NCBI GenBank assembly: GCA_905331295.1
Contig: CAJNYD010000474.1
Location: forward strand, 1 to 33,685
Source of the DNA: Rotaria socialis
Taxonomy: Eukaryota
Reading direction: 5' to 3'
Length of the DNA stretch: 33,685 nt
How positions within the stretch are numbered: the stretch's first letter is position 1; every line of letters begins with the position of its first letter. This document shows positions 11,061-23,950 of the stretch, piece by piece. The notes below the pieces were generated by a model. That model was given only the letters and a program-made list of their open reading frames with translations. It had not been told where the DNA came from and made no database searches. The translations under genes and the position numbers were made by a program.

Positions 11061-13438
11061 TAAAAAATTGATACAGAAAATGGCCAAAGTTTAATAGTTC
11101 CCTATTCCATGCGGAAGCTGTTCTTGAAATACCTGTGAGGATTAAAATGCATTATAACTGTCATTGATAATTAGTAGAATGTCGTATTATTCTATCTGAT
11201 GTGGAGCGCATCTCCTGAACTTAATCCGCCATAAATGTAATTAGGAAGTGATGCATTTATTATTAAAAAACACACGCCTCATGACTCTGTGTCACGACCT
11301 GTGGAAGGATTGTATTCTAACCCCTAAGTACGAACAATTCTTTTACTCAATGATCTATTGTAGTTCTATTTCTCTTCTGGCATATGTGAACTGATTCAGC
11401 TGAAGGGAGTTCTTTGAAGTATTGCGCTTCATATTGAATTTATAATCATTATCTAGTTTTACGAGAGTAGAGAATAATATATTTACGCATTATTCTTTTA
11501 AAAGATTTCACCTGAATTATAAAAATAAATTTCACGAAAATATCCTCTGTAACTTAAATTGATCATTAATCTTTAATACTGACACGCATGAGATTATCTA
11601 TCCACTCAGGATTATCGAATAATTCATTTTAAAATGTAAAATATACTCAGTATTATTTTGAATATAGGAACGTTTTAGACTAACATCGACGAAAACAACA
11701 CATGTGGTATTGAAATAAATTAGTTTCACGCTCAGGATTATGAAAAAACAAAAACTTCTTGCATTTCTTCCAAGCTTATTTGAATACAAATTGAATCATA
11801 AAGTCTGTTTGACGTCATCGAAAACAAATATTTTATTATCAATGTGTGATTTTATAAAGATAATCTTTTCAATTATCAATAGAAAATCGTTTTATTTCCA
11901 GCATGAGTCACGATGAACAGGAAGTAATGTGTTCCTTATAAAAAAGAGAATTTATTTTCATACGTAATAATCATTTAGAATATGATTCTTCTTACATTTT
12001 TTCTCTACTATAGAGAAAATCCTATTATATATGTCATTTCTTCTTTTATTAATAGAAAATGCTTAAGTAGCGTAAGAATAATAATCTTTCTCTGATAAAA
12101 TGTCAAATGTGTATCTATTAACATGAAAAGAATTTTTCATGAAAGATGAACAAAAGCATCCATGGGGATATATATATATATGACTTTAAAAAATGTTTGC
12201 ATTTTGTTGTTGGTTTGCCAAAATAAAGGGTTAGTGTAAGATTTAATGAATAGAAAAGCAAAGTCTACATTTACCAAAGTACGTTCACCTCTTTGGATTC
12301 AGTAATTCAAGACTTCTTTGATGTTAGCTAAGATCAAAATTATCTATTCACTTGTTATTGTTTTTTAATAGAAAAATAAATATAGCCGAAATTAGTATTA
12401 GTATCATTATTAATTAAAATTTTCCACATGATCACTGCTATCCCACGCCCCAGACACAAAATCTGAAAAATTTCTACTTTCATTCAATTAAAATCTACAT
12501 AAATTAATTCCTCCAACCCACGCAGCCTTGCTTTTTCAAATACACTGCTGATTGTTTCTTCCAGGTTTGAAATATTCTAGAGAAGTTCATATGTTATCTT
12601 ATTCGAAAGAAATAGAAGATGGGAAATCTACATCGTTATACTTAGCGTTTTGTTTTGTTAAGTGCTCCAACAATATTTGAATTTCAGTTTTCCTTCGAAA
12701 ACAAGAAGGTACTTTTGAGTACGCACATAACATAAAAAAAACAATTGATAATAGAATTGCTTTGTTCCATCAACAAACATTTGCTTGACGTAAAAAGGAT
12801 AAATACAATTAGTTATTGTTTCCTTCGATCGAAAGCATCAATGTGATGCAATTATCGTTTTCTTCGTTCATTCTCAGCATAGAGTTCTATTACAATGTCT
12901 GTTAAAAAAATCAATTCATCATACTTGTATATCGATCTCTGCTATGCTTAGAAGTTCATCTCTGATGTCGAAAGCAAAAACGTTAACTCTCAAGTTTGTT
13001 TATTTTCTTGCAGCATCAACTATAAGCATTGTATTAAATAAAAATTTACAAATGCGCCCAGCTTCTCCCCAATGATTCAAATGTTAATTAAAGACAGCAT
13101 TGAGTTTCCTTTTTCTCTGGCGCATTGAAATCAGTTGATGATGAGTACATCCATTTCTTTTGTTATTTTATTATGTTTGTCTTACTTAGATCTGCTATAG
13201 TTCACTGGATTATCCCACACATAGGAATGTGAAAGGAACTAATCCCTCAGAGAAAAAATTCACAGATTAGTAATGCAGTGAAATGAGTTTCATATGTTTG
13301 TGAACCTTGAAAGTCATCTAGGCGATATTGAAACTATCTATACTGTATTATATTTCTAGAAAATTGCTGATTATATTTAATAGATGAAAATAAATATTTT
13401 TCTTTCACAAGACAAAAGTTAAACTAACGAAACAGAAA

Positions 13439-15061
13439 ATGTTAATATTGCAAAATATGAATAAATGTCCATCAATATATCAAGACACATTTTCGAATCC
13501 GTATACAATCGAGCAAATTATCTTAATTATCTATTCGTTAATATTTACGATCGGCTTCGTTGGTAATATAATGACAATTTTTATTATTGCGTTCAATCGA
13601 CATTTACATACGCCGACGAATTACTATCTTCTCAATTTGGCTGTTTCTGATTTAATGATGCTACTGTGCAATTTACCGTTGGAAATGCTCGAAATTTACA
13701 ATCGCGAATGGCCACTATCAAGCGTGTTTTGTAAATTGAGAAATATATGTGCGGAATTTTTTACATGCTCATCGATATTAACAATCTTAGCATTTACATG
13801 CGAACGTTATTTTGCTATTGTACATCCTATACATCTACATCGATTAAGTCATTTTCGTCGAGCACAAAATATTATTATGATTATTTGGTTAATATCAATT
13901 GGATTTAGTCTTCCGCTTGGTTTATCCTATGAAATTGAAAATAATTCATTATCGATACTAAATAATTTATCAACTATTGTATTTATAAGTAATGATACAA
14001 AATTAATTCAATCGAATCAAATAGAAAAGCATCTACCCTACAGTTGTAGATCATGTGTACCGACAAAAAGTCTTACAAAAATTCTATCGACAATTATTAT
14101 AATCACATCATTTTGTTTTTTCTATCTTCCGATGGCTATCATTGCAGCTGTTTATTTATTTATTGGTAAAGCATTAAGTCGTGTTAATAAATATGAAGTT
14201 TATTCACATCAAACAGAACTAAGCACATCATCAGTGTCGAACAATGGTGGCAACGTGAGAAAATCCACGGAAAATAATTCTTCGAATTCAGGCGTATCGA
14301 ACAAAGAAGTACCTGATAGACAACATCATAGTCCACATATTAATTCATATTCGTGGCTAAAAATGCGTGCACGTTGTCAAGCACGGAAAGTCGTTGTTAA
14401 AACTCTTGGTAAGTTATTTAAGTATTCTAAAAATAACAAAACCGAAAGAGTCAAGTTAATATTTAGATATTGTTTATCATGCTTTTTCTTTTATCAGGAG
14501 AAGTTTTACCGGTCGTACTAAATAGAACATCTCTATTCTATTCAGTTTTTCCATATAAAAAAGTAGACTGTTGAAGTTAAGAAAAAGTTTGATACATAAA
14601 TATTATAAATTATTCCCCTATATATTACTTATGACTCTAATCAAAAGAACGAAATTCATTCTTTTATTTTTCTTTATCTAGTGGCTGTTGTTATTGCATT
14701 TTTTGTTTGTTATGCTCCATTATATTTGCAGCGTCTATTTTTGGCTATTATAAGATTAAACTCGAATTTTAATCTTGAATCATCTTTATTTTCAAATTTT
14801 ATGGCTGATTTATATGTTATATCAGGTATAACATTTTATTTCGGTTCCGTTATTAATCCAATTCTTTATAATGTTATTTCGAATAAATATCGGCGTGCAT
14901 TCTGGAATCTATTTCATTGTCGTTTGAGATATGGAAGAAAATCAAATGATCAAAAATCATTTCAACTCAATCGTTCACACAACAAACCAAGCACGTTCTG
15001 CATTCACCACTATAACTTAAAGCAAAAAAGATCTAGCTCATGCATGTCTAATAAATTATAA
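13439..15061 (+). CDS. Class A neuropeptide GPCR, pyrokinin/CAPA/neuromedin-U receptor-like; exons 13439-14408 and 14682-15061 (449 aa)
   Basis: GN (TM1), TNYYLLNLAVSD...PLE (TM2), AEF...ERYFAIVHP (TM3), FFVCYAPLYLQRL (TM6) and INPILYN (TM7). A phase-1 GTAAGT...CTAG intron (14409-14681) joins the two ORFs in frame. Confidence 0.92.
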
Positions 15062-15154
15062 AACAAGAAATCTCTAACAACTAATAATTATCATTTCGAA
15101 TTGAATACATAGTCATGTATGGAACACAATAACCTGTTGACTTGTTTATATATA

Positions 15155-16857
15155 GGCTTGTATTTAAATGTTCAGTATTTTATTACCAATGTTCAGTAAA
15201 TTTTTCATCAAATGTTCAGTAGTTTTTTTTCAGTAAAAAAATATTTTTGTTCAGTATATAATTCAAGAAATTCAGTAATTAATTCAAAAATATTCAGTAT
15301 TTAATTCATTTTTGTTCAGTATCTAATTTATTTTTGTTCAGTTTTTTAATCATGTATTTCAGTAAAAAAAGTGGGATTACAATTAGCAAAAATTGATTGC
15401 ATTAGTAACCCTTTTTTTGGATTTTGATGGCCTGCCACGACGTCTTTTTTCACCAATTTTAACATTTTTAGCAGCAGATGGTGGTTTGCAGTGATTTAAT
15501 CTAATTGTCATGCCGACAACATGTTTACACATAAACTTCTTGAGAAATGCTGGTCAATTGCAAACACCATCTAACCATTTTAATTTATCTACTGGCAATG
15601 TAACAGATCAAATAGGGGATGCTTTTTCTCTATATTGATTAACAGTATACCATTTCATTTTCTTCACTACATCAATTCTGACGTTTGTAATTTTAGTTTC
15701 ATCTCTAGCTGGTATATAATATTCAACTAAATTATCACATTCAGTCGAAAGTATTGATTTGTTTGATTTAACCCATTGATATCCTGTTGTCTATAATTCT
15801 AATGAGATTGTCTGCTTATAATTGTATTTCTTTAAAAACCTCTTTCATAACATCTCGACCATTTTTCAACAATTTCAAATGCTAATACTTAATCTTGATA
15901 AAGGTAGACGTTCACAGTGTATTTTTCTTTTCTATAACATTGTTTGTGACTTCTAAAGCATTATTGGTACTTGGTGTAAAATGACCAACTGCTTCATACG
16001 GTGCATTTTGTGTTACTAACCATTCGTTTTGGAAATATTCTATGAAATTCGGTTCTTTTTTTGACCATTTTTCAACAAGCGAATTTGAAGCTTTTATAAA
16101 TATACGCTCGTCTTATGCTAACTGTAATGATTCTACATCATTCACTAAATCTTCTTGTTCTGATTTCTTAACCATTGACTCTATCTTTTTCACTACATTG
16201 CTATGCATATGTGCTCACCCAGGTTGATCAAAACAGACTCGTTTACGATCTGTTTATCGACGATAAACGATGTCAAAACGGTATTTACGGCAGTAAATAG
16301 GCCGTAATACCTGGCACAGTAATACAGCACCGTAAACAGGACTGAATTTTCATGGTTTACGGCTGTTTGTGCTCCGTACTCTCATGATCATACGGTCCGT
16401 ATTACTGCGCCAGATATTACGGCAAACTTTCGCTCGTAAAATAGTCGTAAAGTAACCGTAAACGGCCGTATACATACCGTACTGTTCGACTTGGGCAGCA
16501 CATAATCATTGTTTTTTCTCCAAACAGTATCTTTTGATTGATGACATCATCATCTGTCAGTGTGGACAAATGTTCTTCTATTTACATCAACATATACATC
16601 GAAAAATAAAAGTGATTTACTGATAAAAATACTACTTTTTACTGATAAAATGTATTTTTGAAACAGTAAACTGAATTAATTACTGAAACTCTAATTTTAA
16701 TACTGAGCAAACAATTAATTAACTGAACAAACGCAATAGTTACTGAACATTAAATTTTACACTGACAATTTGATATTTTTACTGAACATTTGTATATAAT
16801 ACTGAACAAATTTTACTGAACATTTGCAATAAAATACTGAACGATTAATTTGTCGCC
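15155..16857 (-). mobile_element. Internally deleted Mutator-like (MULE) element with transposase remnant
   Basis: Long imperfect TIRs start with GGC and are built of TTCAGTA/TACTGAA repeats. Minus-strand remnant: MC*AHMH..., PSTNNALE, SWIM-like ..FLKKFMCKH and AT-hook-like RRRGRP, with many stops and frameshifts. Confidence 0.85.
16218..16495. mobile_element. 278-bp MITE nested in the MULE transposase (CMC/EnSpm-like termini)
   Basis: TIRs CCCAGGTTGATCA / TGTTCGACTTGGG, a 2-bp CA duplication on both sides and internal TTACGG/CCGTAA repeats. Removing it rejoins the MULE CxxH motif. Confidence 0.85.
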
Positions 16858-17073
16858 ATAATATATCGGTTTGAATGTGTTTCTCGATCTATGAAAGTTT
16901 TTTCTAGCAACTAAAGCTAACGAATCATGGTTGGGGGGAACAAAGTTGGTAATGGACCATGGATACACCTCTTCATTGGTCTAGACTAGTACGGTACTCT
17001 ATCATTGATGTACGAGTTAAATTTCAACTGGTAATTGAAAGTAGGACACTAAAACAATTATTGGTGATGACTA

Positions 17074-17307
17074 CACTGTAAAAACAATCCGCAGAATAAT
17101 CAACGGAAAAACGTTTTTGATAGGGTATTTAACAAAAAGAAAGGTTTATGAAAGTGCAACGTATCATAAACCCTTTTTTTCGTATATGACGAAAATAATA
17201 AACGGCTTTTAGGTTTATGATTTGGAAAAAGGGTTTATCAGATATTTCAAAAACGGACAAAATGGTATGTGTCACGTTGCACTTTCATAAACCCTTTTTT
17301 TACAGCG
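17074..17307. mobile_element. CACTG-terminal (CMC/EnSpm-like) MITE
   Basis: CACTGTAAAAA ... TTTTTACAGCG flanked by TA on both sides. Internal inverted repeat GGTTTATGAAAGTGCAACGT / ACGTTGCACTTTCATAAACC. Confidence 0.8.
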
Positions 17308-19290
17308 TATGTTTTCAGTAGTCATTCATTACTGCCCCTGAAAACAGCTTTTTAGCGCAGACCTTTTGAACCTAAAATGTGATCATATACGATAATGATG
17401 TACGATCCGATGCGATCGGATAAGAATCTGTGACCGATCTTGCTGTCTGATTTCTCGCTCTGGGTTGTTTGAATAGAAGAAATTATGCGCTGAGAAGCAA
17501 GCGCATATAGTAGCAATTACTAACGACATCAGAGCTCGATTCTGTCTCATGGACTAGATAGCTGAAGGAACGTGAAAAAACGCACGACAAGAAAATAAAA
17601 TACAATGATTAACACGTGTATACATTCGCTCTTTTACAAAATACGACTACGTTCTTCAATAGTGATAGCAATGTGCCCGCAGTCTCTAAAATGATAAATG
17701 TACACATTGAAAGAAAACCGTACAATAGCGTTAGAGAATGTATTGTATTTAAGGAAATTTCTATAAAAACTACGGTATGATAGCTTGAAAAGTTGATGAA
17801 AACAGGCACGACCTTTGAAACTATTCGAGGTTGTACTGAAGGGAACATTTGTGAGATCACACAGATATTGAGGTTTCAATATAAAATTTTACTTCTAGCG
17901 CTCGGCTGCGATTCGACCTATATTTCCTATAATTCCTATATTTTATCGAAAAAAGTAATTAGAAAATTTTGGAAAACCTCTGAATTTTGCTATTGTCTTT
18001 AGACGAAAAAAAAACTTTTAATGTGTATAATCATGTGTTTTGGACAAATTCTTGTATTATGGTGACATTTGTTTCAAATAGTATTTTTCCTTTCACCTAT
18101 TTAGTGGGTTGACTGAGAACTTGTTTAATACTAAGTGTAAAATACAAAATAGTTCAAAAGAAAAAAACATTCACAAAGTAATCATGTACCAGTTTTGGGT
18201 TTTTAGTGAAGTTTTAGTTAGATAGAAAAGCTGTATCCCTGGAAAAAATAAGTTTCACTCTGTATTGTGAGGATATTGTTACCAAAAGAGCATATTTTTT
18301 AAAATTAACGACATATTATGAAAGCCCGCGAAATTTTACAACATCCTGTGTATATGCATTTTCATTTACACTTATTTATTACCAGAAAACATTGAGTTAT
18401 GATAAAATACGAAATAAACTTGTGAAAAATAATAAGCGATGAATGCTGATTATCAGGACAATAAAATTAGGTTGAGATTTTTTGGGAAGTCATGTCCGTA
18501 ATCTGAAACGCCTCCTTTAATTATGAGAAACAGTATTTGTCTTTTTCATGTATTTGTTTTTTCAAAGCTTATGATCTACTTTATTGTTATTTATCGATTT
18601 GTGAAAAACTTTTATAATGATCCTCGAATTAGCGACTTATTTCTGTAGAAAACATTACATAAGGATCTTGGTTACGATTGAACTGTTTATAACAGCCTCA
18701 TTAAAACGATTTTTGAGCAGAGCAGTTAAAAGACACCAAAACAATTGAACAGAAACGGTGTATAAAACGTCCTCTCTTTTTGTCATTTTTTATCGAAAAT
18801 CCTATATTTTTGAAAACCTTGATCCTCTAAGGATTTCTATATTTTTAAAAAAGTGCAATCGGAGGCCAGCTAGCGCTCTAATATAAATCAACACCATGTT
18901 AAATCACAGTTAACTAAACTGCAGCCTCATAATTATTGAAATTCAAAGAATCACCCATGTAAATATATCTTCAGAGTTAATAGTGTAAGTCATACTCTAT
19001 AAAAGTTGAAAAATAGTTTCAGTAATTGCATCGATGTGACATCAGGATACTGTACTCTGTAGAATGAAATGTTGTAAAGCGTTCAAATTTATTCGATAGT
19101 TAAGAAACTGTTAGTTGTGCTCTACAAAATAAAAATCTCTGTTGTTCTATGTGTACTAAAAAATTATTCATAAAGATTTCCTGTAAGTTACAAATAGAAG
19201 AAAACAAGCGTTTATTCAATAATGTGACCAATAAAAGTGTAAAAGTTACCATTGGCACGTTCTTCGGCTGCATGCTATTGCCACAGATTA

Positions 19291-21269
19291 CTAATTGTTA
19301 GGCTTGTATACGAAGCACATGAATTCCTATAGGAAAAGTACTTCATTTCAATAAAAATAATCTGATGAAATTTAAACTTACGATGAGAAACAGAGCACCG
19401 AGACCCACTGCTTTCATTTTGGCATCGAGATTCATTGGAACTACAATGAAAAATCATCATTTTTCTGAATAACTAAAATAATAATATGTAATTTTTTTCT
19501 CGATATCTCCATTCATCAGAGGAGATTTTGAATAGTGATTCATTGTGTTTGATGATAGCACAGCTATCAATATATGATGAACATGTGTCAAATCGCTATC
19601 TTCACAAGGAAGAATTCAGTCTTTTTTTAAATTTTCTCAAGGCTGAAAAAAATTATTTTTTATTCAAAAGTTTAGCATGCTATATAGGGTGTGGGGTGTG
19701 TGAGTCTGTGTTAACAGAATGACTACACCTACACACACACACACCCTTTTTATTTGAAATGACAAGCGTCATGTTCAATGGTGCTTTGCATGAAATATCG
19801 TGATCTGATCAATTATTAAATGATTTACTTACCTTCCAGTGTAAATGAGTCAGCACTTGTAAAAGCTTCAATGAAGAAGCCACCATATTTTTTCTGAATG
19901 CCACCGATTTTTGTTTCACCATCAGTACCAATTATCTTCAAATAAATAAAATGAATATTCAAATCATTCTTCGTTCTTATTTATTTCATCTGTCAACATT
20001 ATTTACACGCTTTTATCATAAATATCGTGATGAAAAACAAAATCAATATTTGCATATAGACTCAGCTAATATTTTACCCTTCTGGCAGTTGAGAAGTTTT
20101 AATGAGCACGTCTTTTACTTATTCTTTATCAGAGAAAAAGTTGCTGAGTTGTATGCAGAATATATATTGCAATTTGAACGGTCGAGTTTTTAGATATTCC
20201 AACAATATCAACTAAATCAAAATTTAAGATAAATTTAATTCTCTTCTTAATAAAACATAAAAAATATCTTTCTTGTCTTGCAGTTTCAGTTTTTTGATCA
20301 AGATGTTCTTAAAACATTGATTCTTAAATAAATTTACTTTCTGGAAGCCCAAATTTTAGAGATTTTTGGCAATAGTTGTTAAACCGTCTCTTCTATAAGG
20401 TGAATGTTATTCAGGGAACTGATGATCTGAATCGAGCACAGTCGATCTATATAGACGAAGAAAGTCATTCTCATGAATCTTCTTACAAAACGAAAACTCT
20501 AAGCTTGATTTCTGAAGTAAAGTTAGCTGATATAGTTATGTCATGGAACTTACTGCGAATTCGCTCTCACAACAACAACTGTATGGCCCATCGCAGATAC
20601 AACGAGGGCCAATAATTCCCATCATATTTGTACGATTTGCATCTCGAAGAGTATATCGCATTCGACAACGACTAGCTCTACATGAAATAAAAGCGATATA
20701 TGTCAACAACGAAATAATTCCATTTGCAACAATAATTACTCGTGATTAACACTTCCTATAGGTGTTCCTGGTGGTGATTCTATTATCATTTCTTGTTTAC
20801 AACTATCACAATCACCGCACCAACAACATACACAGCAACATTTCAATGCACGTATCATTCGAATAACTTCCTAACGACTGAACATGAATCTTTATAGAAT
20901 TCATCAATTCCAACTTACGTTGTTGGCAGTATCCATAATATGAAGTACTAATTCCCGGCTGCTAGCACACCAGCAACGTTGACAACAAGTCGATTCTAGT
21001 AATAAAATGAAATATTGTTACGAAATGATTTACTTACTTTCCTACCTTCATATGCATTAAATAATAATTGACTTTCACGATTAAAAATACTAAATTTTGA
21101 TGCCGGCTGGTAACCAGTCAAAGCTTCGAAGCGACAGAAAAATAATTAAAACGTCATATTGGATTTTTGGTTATCTACCTTCGACGAGAGACTTATGTTG
21201 TTTGACAAAAAGAAAGTCAGTAGTTCTTAAAGACTGTAGTCCATCGATATAGTTCATTGATGCAGCCAT
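19291..21269 (-). CDS. Phospholipid scramblase (PLSCR family), 8 exons: 21269-21179, 21123-21046, 20995-20919, 20870-20740, 20677-20554, 19935-19833, 19440-19382, 19326-19291 (232 aa)
   Basis: All 7 introns are GT-AG with compatible phases, giving a 699-nt open frame: MAASMNYIDGLQSL..FVKQ..EALTGYQ..EESTCCQRCWC..KCCCVCCWCGDCDSCKQEMIIESPPGTPIG..IIGPRCICDG..AFTSADSFTLEVPMNLDAKMKAVGLGALFLIEFMCF. This matches the PLSCR motif order. Confidence 0.95.
19685..19747. repeat. Short GT/CA-rich inverted repeat in a scramblase intron
   Basis: TAGGGTGTGGGGTGTGTGAGTC...GACTACACCTACACACACACACACCCT; the arms are roughly complementary. Possible mini-hAT relic. Confidence 0.45.
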
Positions 21270-21620
21270 TGTCAATGTTAGAATTTTTCTGAAAATCCTT
21301 ACGATTATCTTTTTTTAGCTAGCAGCGACTTCTCTATTGAGCACCAGATTAAAAAAATGACTAGCACGTTTTTTGTTCTTCCTGTCGCAAGTCTATTTTA
21401 TATTCTTCGCAGCTGCAGTACAACAAGTCTTTCAGTAGAGAATTGTTAAAAATGAAGTATTGCTTATCAGCAGTAAATTTTTTTGTCTACTCTTCATTTA
21501 TAATATATATATATATATACATGCATATATATATGGTATCTTACGTGAATAGTAATTTTGATATCAGTTGATGATCAAACTGATTCGATACGAGAGTATT
21601 TAAAAGCAGTTAGTGACAGC

Positions 21621-22383
21621 TAGGGGTGTCAATTTACATTTTATTTAATTTAAATTTAACTTCTTGAAAAGTTAATTTAATTTTAAATTAAATTCTATTA
21701 AGTTAAATTTAAAATAAATTTAAATTCTTCTGATGCAAAAATTTAAATTTAAATAAAATTTAAATTTTCAGAATTTAAATTTAATTTAAATTAACTTTTT
21801 GAAAATTTAATTCTCGATTTAATAAATTTTTTTAAATTTAAATTTTAAATTTAATAAATTGTTTGGATGGATACACATCATGGCTACGAGAAAAATACGT
21901 GACTTTAACAGTATTAAATACAAAATGAGAGGAAAACCTAGTATTTCAGGTTAATATTTATTCATAATAGTCAAAAATTCTGTACAGATTATGCAGGATC
22001 CGTCATCTTTCTTCTTCAAAATACTAGGATACTCATAAAAATATATTTAATAGCACAATTTATAGAAGAATGACTAGTTTAACTTTAGAAAACAGGAAAC
22101 ATACTCAAATTTGATTTTAAATAGTAGCAATCAAGTCAAAAACTATGTTTTTCTACTCGTTTGCAAAATTTAACTAATTTGAATTTGAAACAATTTAATT
22201 TAAATTTAGTTAAATTTAAATGATGCAAAATTTTAAATTTAATTAAATTTAAATTTCTTGAATTTAAATTTATTTTAAATTTAACTTTTCATTTGAAAAA
22301 AGTTAATTTATTTTAAATTTAAATTTTTGAAAATTTAATTCTCGATTTAATAAATTTTTTTAAATTTAAATGTGACACCCCTA
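21621..22383. mobile_element. 763-bp hAT-type MITE
   Basis: TIR TAGGGGTGTCA / TGACACCCCTA with a perfect 8-bp TSD GTGACAGC (21613-21620 and 22384-22391). AAATTT-rich subterminal arrays. Confidence 0.95.
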
Positions 22384-23950
22384 GTGACAGCATCGCCGTC
22401 GAATTCTGTCGTATGAGCTGACTGGTCGTACGAACGTAAGAAGATACAAATAATGAATAAAAGTGTGCACAGAGGAGAGCTCGAAGCAGAGAAAAAGAAA
22501 AAAGAATCATGCTTGACGCATGAATATCATTATCTGATGAAAATGCACGAGTATTTTTGTTTGCAGACAACAGTGCGCGAATGTTCTCGCTTCAGTAGTA
22601 AATAAGAGCATATCCTTTTACAGTTATTATGTATGCGCATCGAAAAAAGCAACCTTGACAAAATTCTTGATGACACCGTGCGCAATAAAATATTCGTTGG
22701 TTTTTTTAAAGTTCGTATAATCATACTGATAACACATCACTAGCTAGTGTATTAAAACATTCATTGTATTCAAAGCTGCTCTTTTATAAATCAGTATCAT
22801 ATTCAAAGTGTTCAGATTCAAATTTTTATTGCATTTATTTCATTTAGTAAAAAAATTAACTCGATTGAATTTTCGAGTAGTTATGATGATATTTTAAAAA
22901 TATAAAAAAAGAACATTTAAAAAGGTTAATTAGGTGTTTAAAATATGACATCAAGTCAACGAAATTTTTCGTTTAACACAATTCAAGATAAAGAATTAGA
23001 TTTTGAAAATTATTAATTTTCGAAATATAACATTTCATTAAGTCGGTCTCGAATTAAATGCTGCTCATTATGCGAGTTAACAGATTTTACGAACTATCCA
23101 TCAGTAGTATTCATTAATAATCTATTACGACTATGAAAAGTTCATGATCTGATTATGCTGATTTGGTTCTATCCTCATCAGCTGCGTTTCTGTGATTCTG
23201 ATCAGCTCCATTCGATCTCAAAATTTTTGAATTGTAACATTCGATGGTATGCAAGTGTGCTCCTGCCGTCTATTGTATCAATGAACCTTGAAAAATGGCC
23301 ACCTTCATTTCTGTGTTTCGTTTTGTTGAAACTGGATGTCGGATGTGGATGTAGACGTTTTTCTCACCGGCACTGGCTCAGACGCCCACACCCACACCCT
23401 GGAAATCAAAAGATTTGATCGACTACGTGGAATCGTCTTTTAAAAGGATGAGATAAAAAATTGTAAAAACAGAGGCGCCCTTGTCATCAGACACAAATCT
23501 TTATTATCATAGTTCCTTTGAAATAATTGAAGTTCATCTCGTGAAAGACTAAAGTTTTGTTTAATTTCGTATTAATAGAATCATTTTCAAGGGATGTATC
23601 GTGACGAATAATAGATCTTCGTAAAACCTTGGATGTTCACTATACAAATTTACTTTTCAGGAAGTGACGGGTTACGGTGTTTATTTTATACCGCACAAAT
23701 TCGATAATGAAAATACTATTCATGATTTTACTTGCTTTCTTACAAGTGTTTTTTTTAGTGTTCTGTTCTAGAATGTTTTCACACAGCTAGATTTATACAA
23801 GGCAAAAAGGCAATAGTCCAATGCCACAATACAAATATAGTAGAGAATAATTAAAATTTAGATGGTTTTTTTCTGTTTATTCTGTGTTTACTGATTGATA
23901 GAAAATGAAAATATCTAGAATCGAATGTTATCCATTACAGCAGAGCGATA

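Noticed and set aside
11090..13270. Scattered minus-strand exon-like fragments
   Set aside because: No coherent frame or recognisable domain could be assembled by eye.
17860..18352. Possible Tc1/mariner-type MITE ending CAACATCCTGTGTA
   Set aside because: A matching left terminus was not identified.
20543..20749. + strand ORF resembling LINE ORF1 (IIFVRFASRR...IYVNNE)
   Set aside because: It is the antisense shadow of scramblase exon 5 and its flanking intron.
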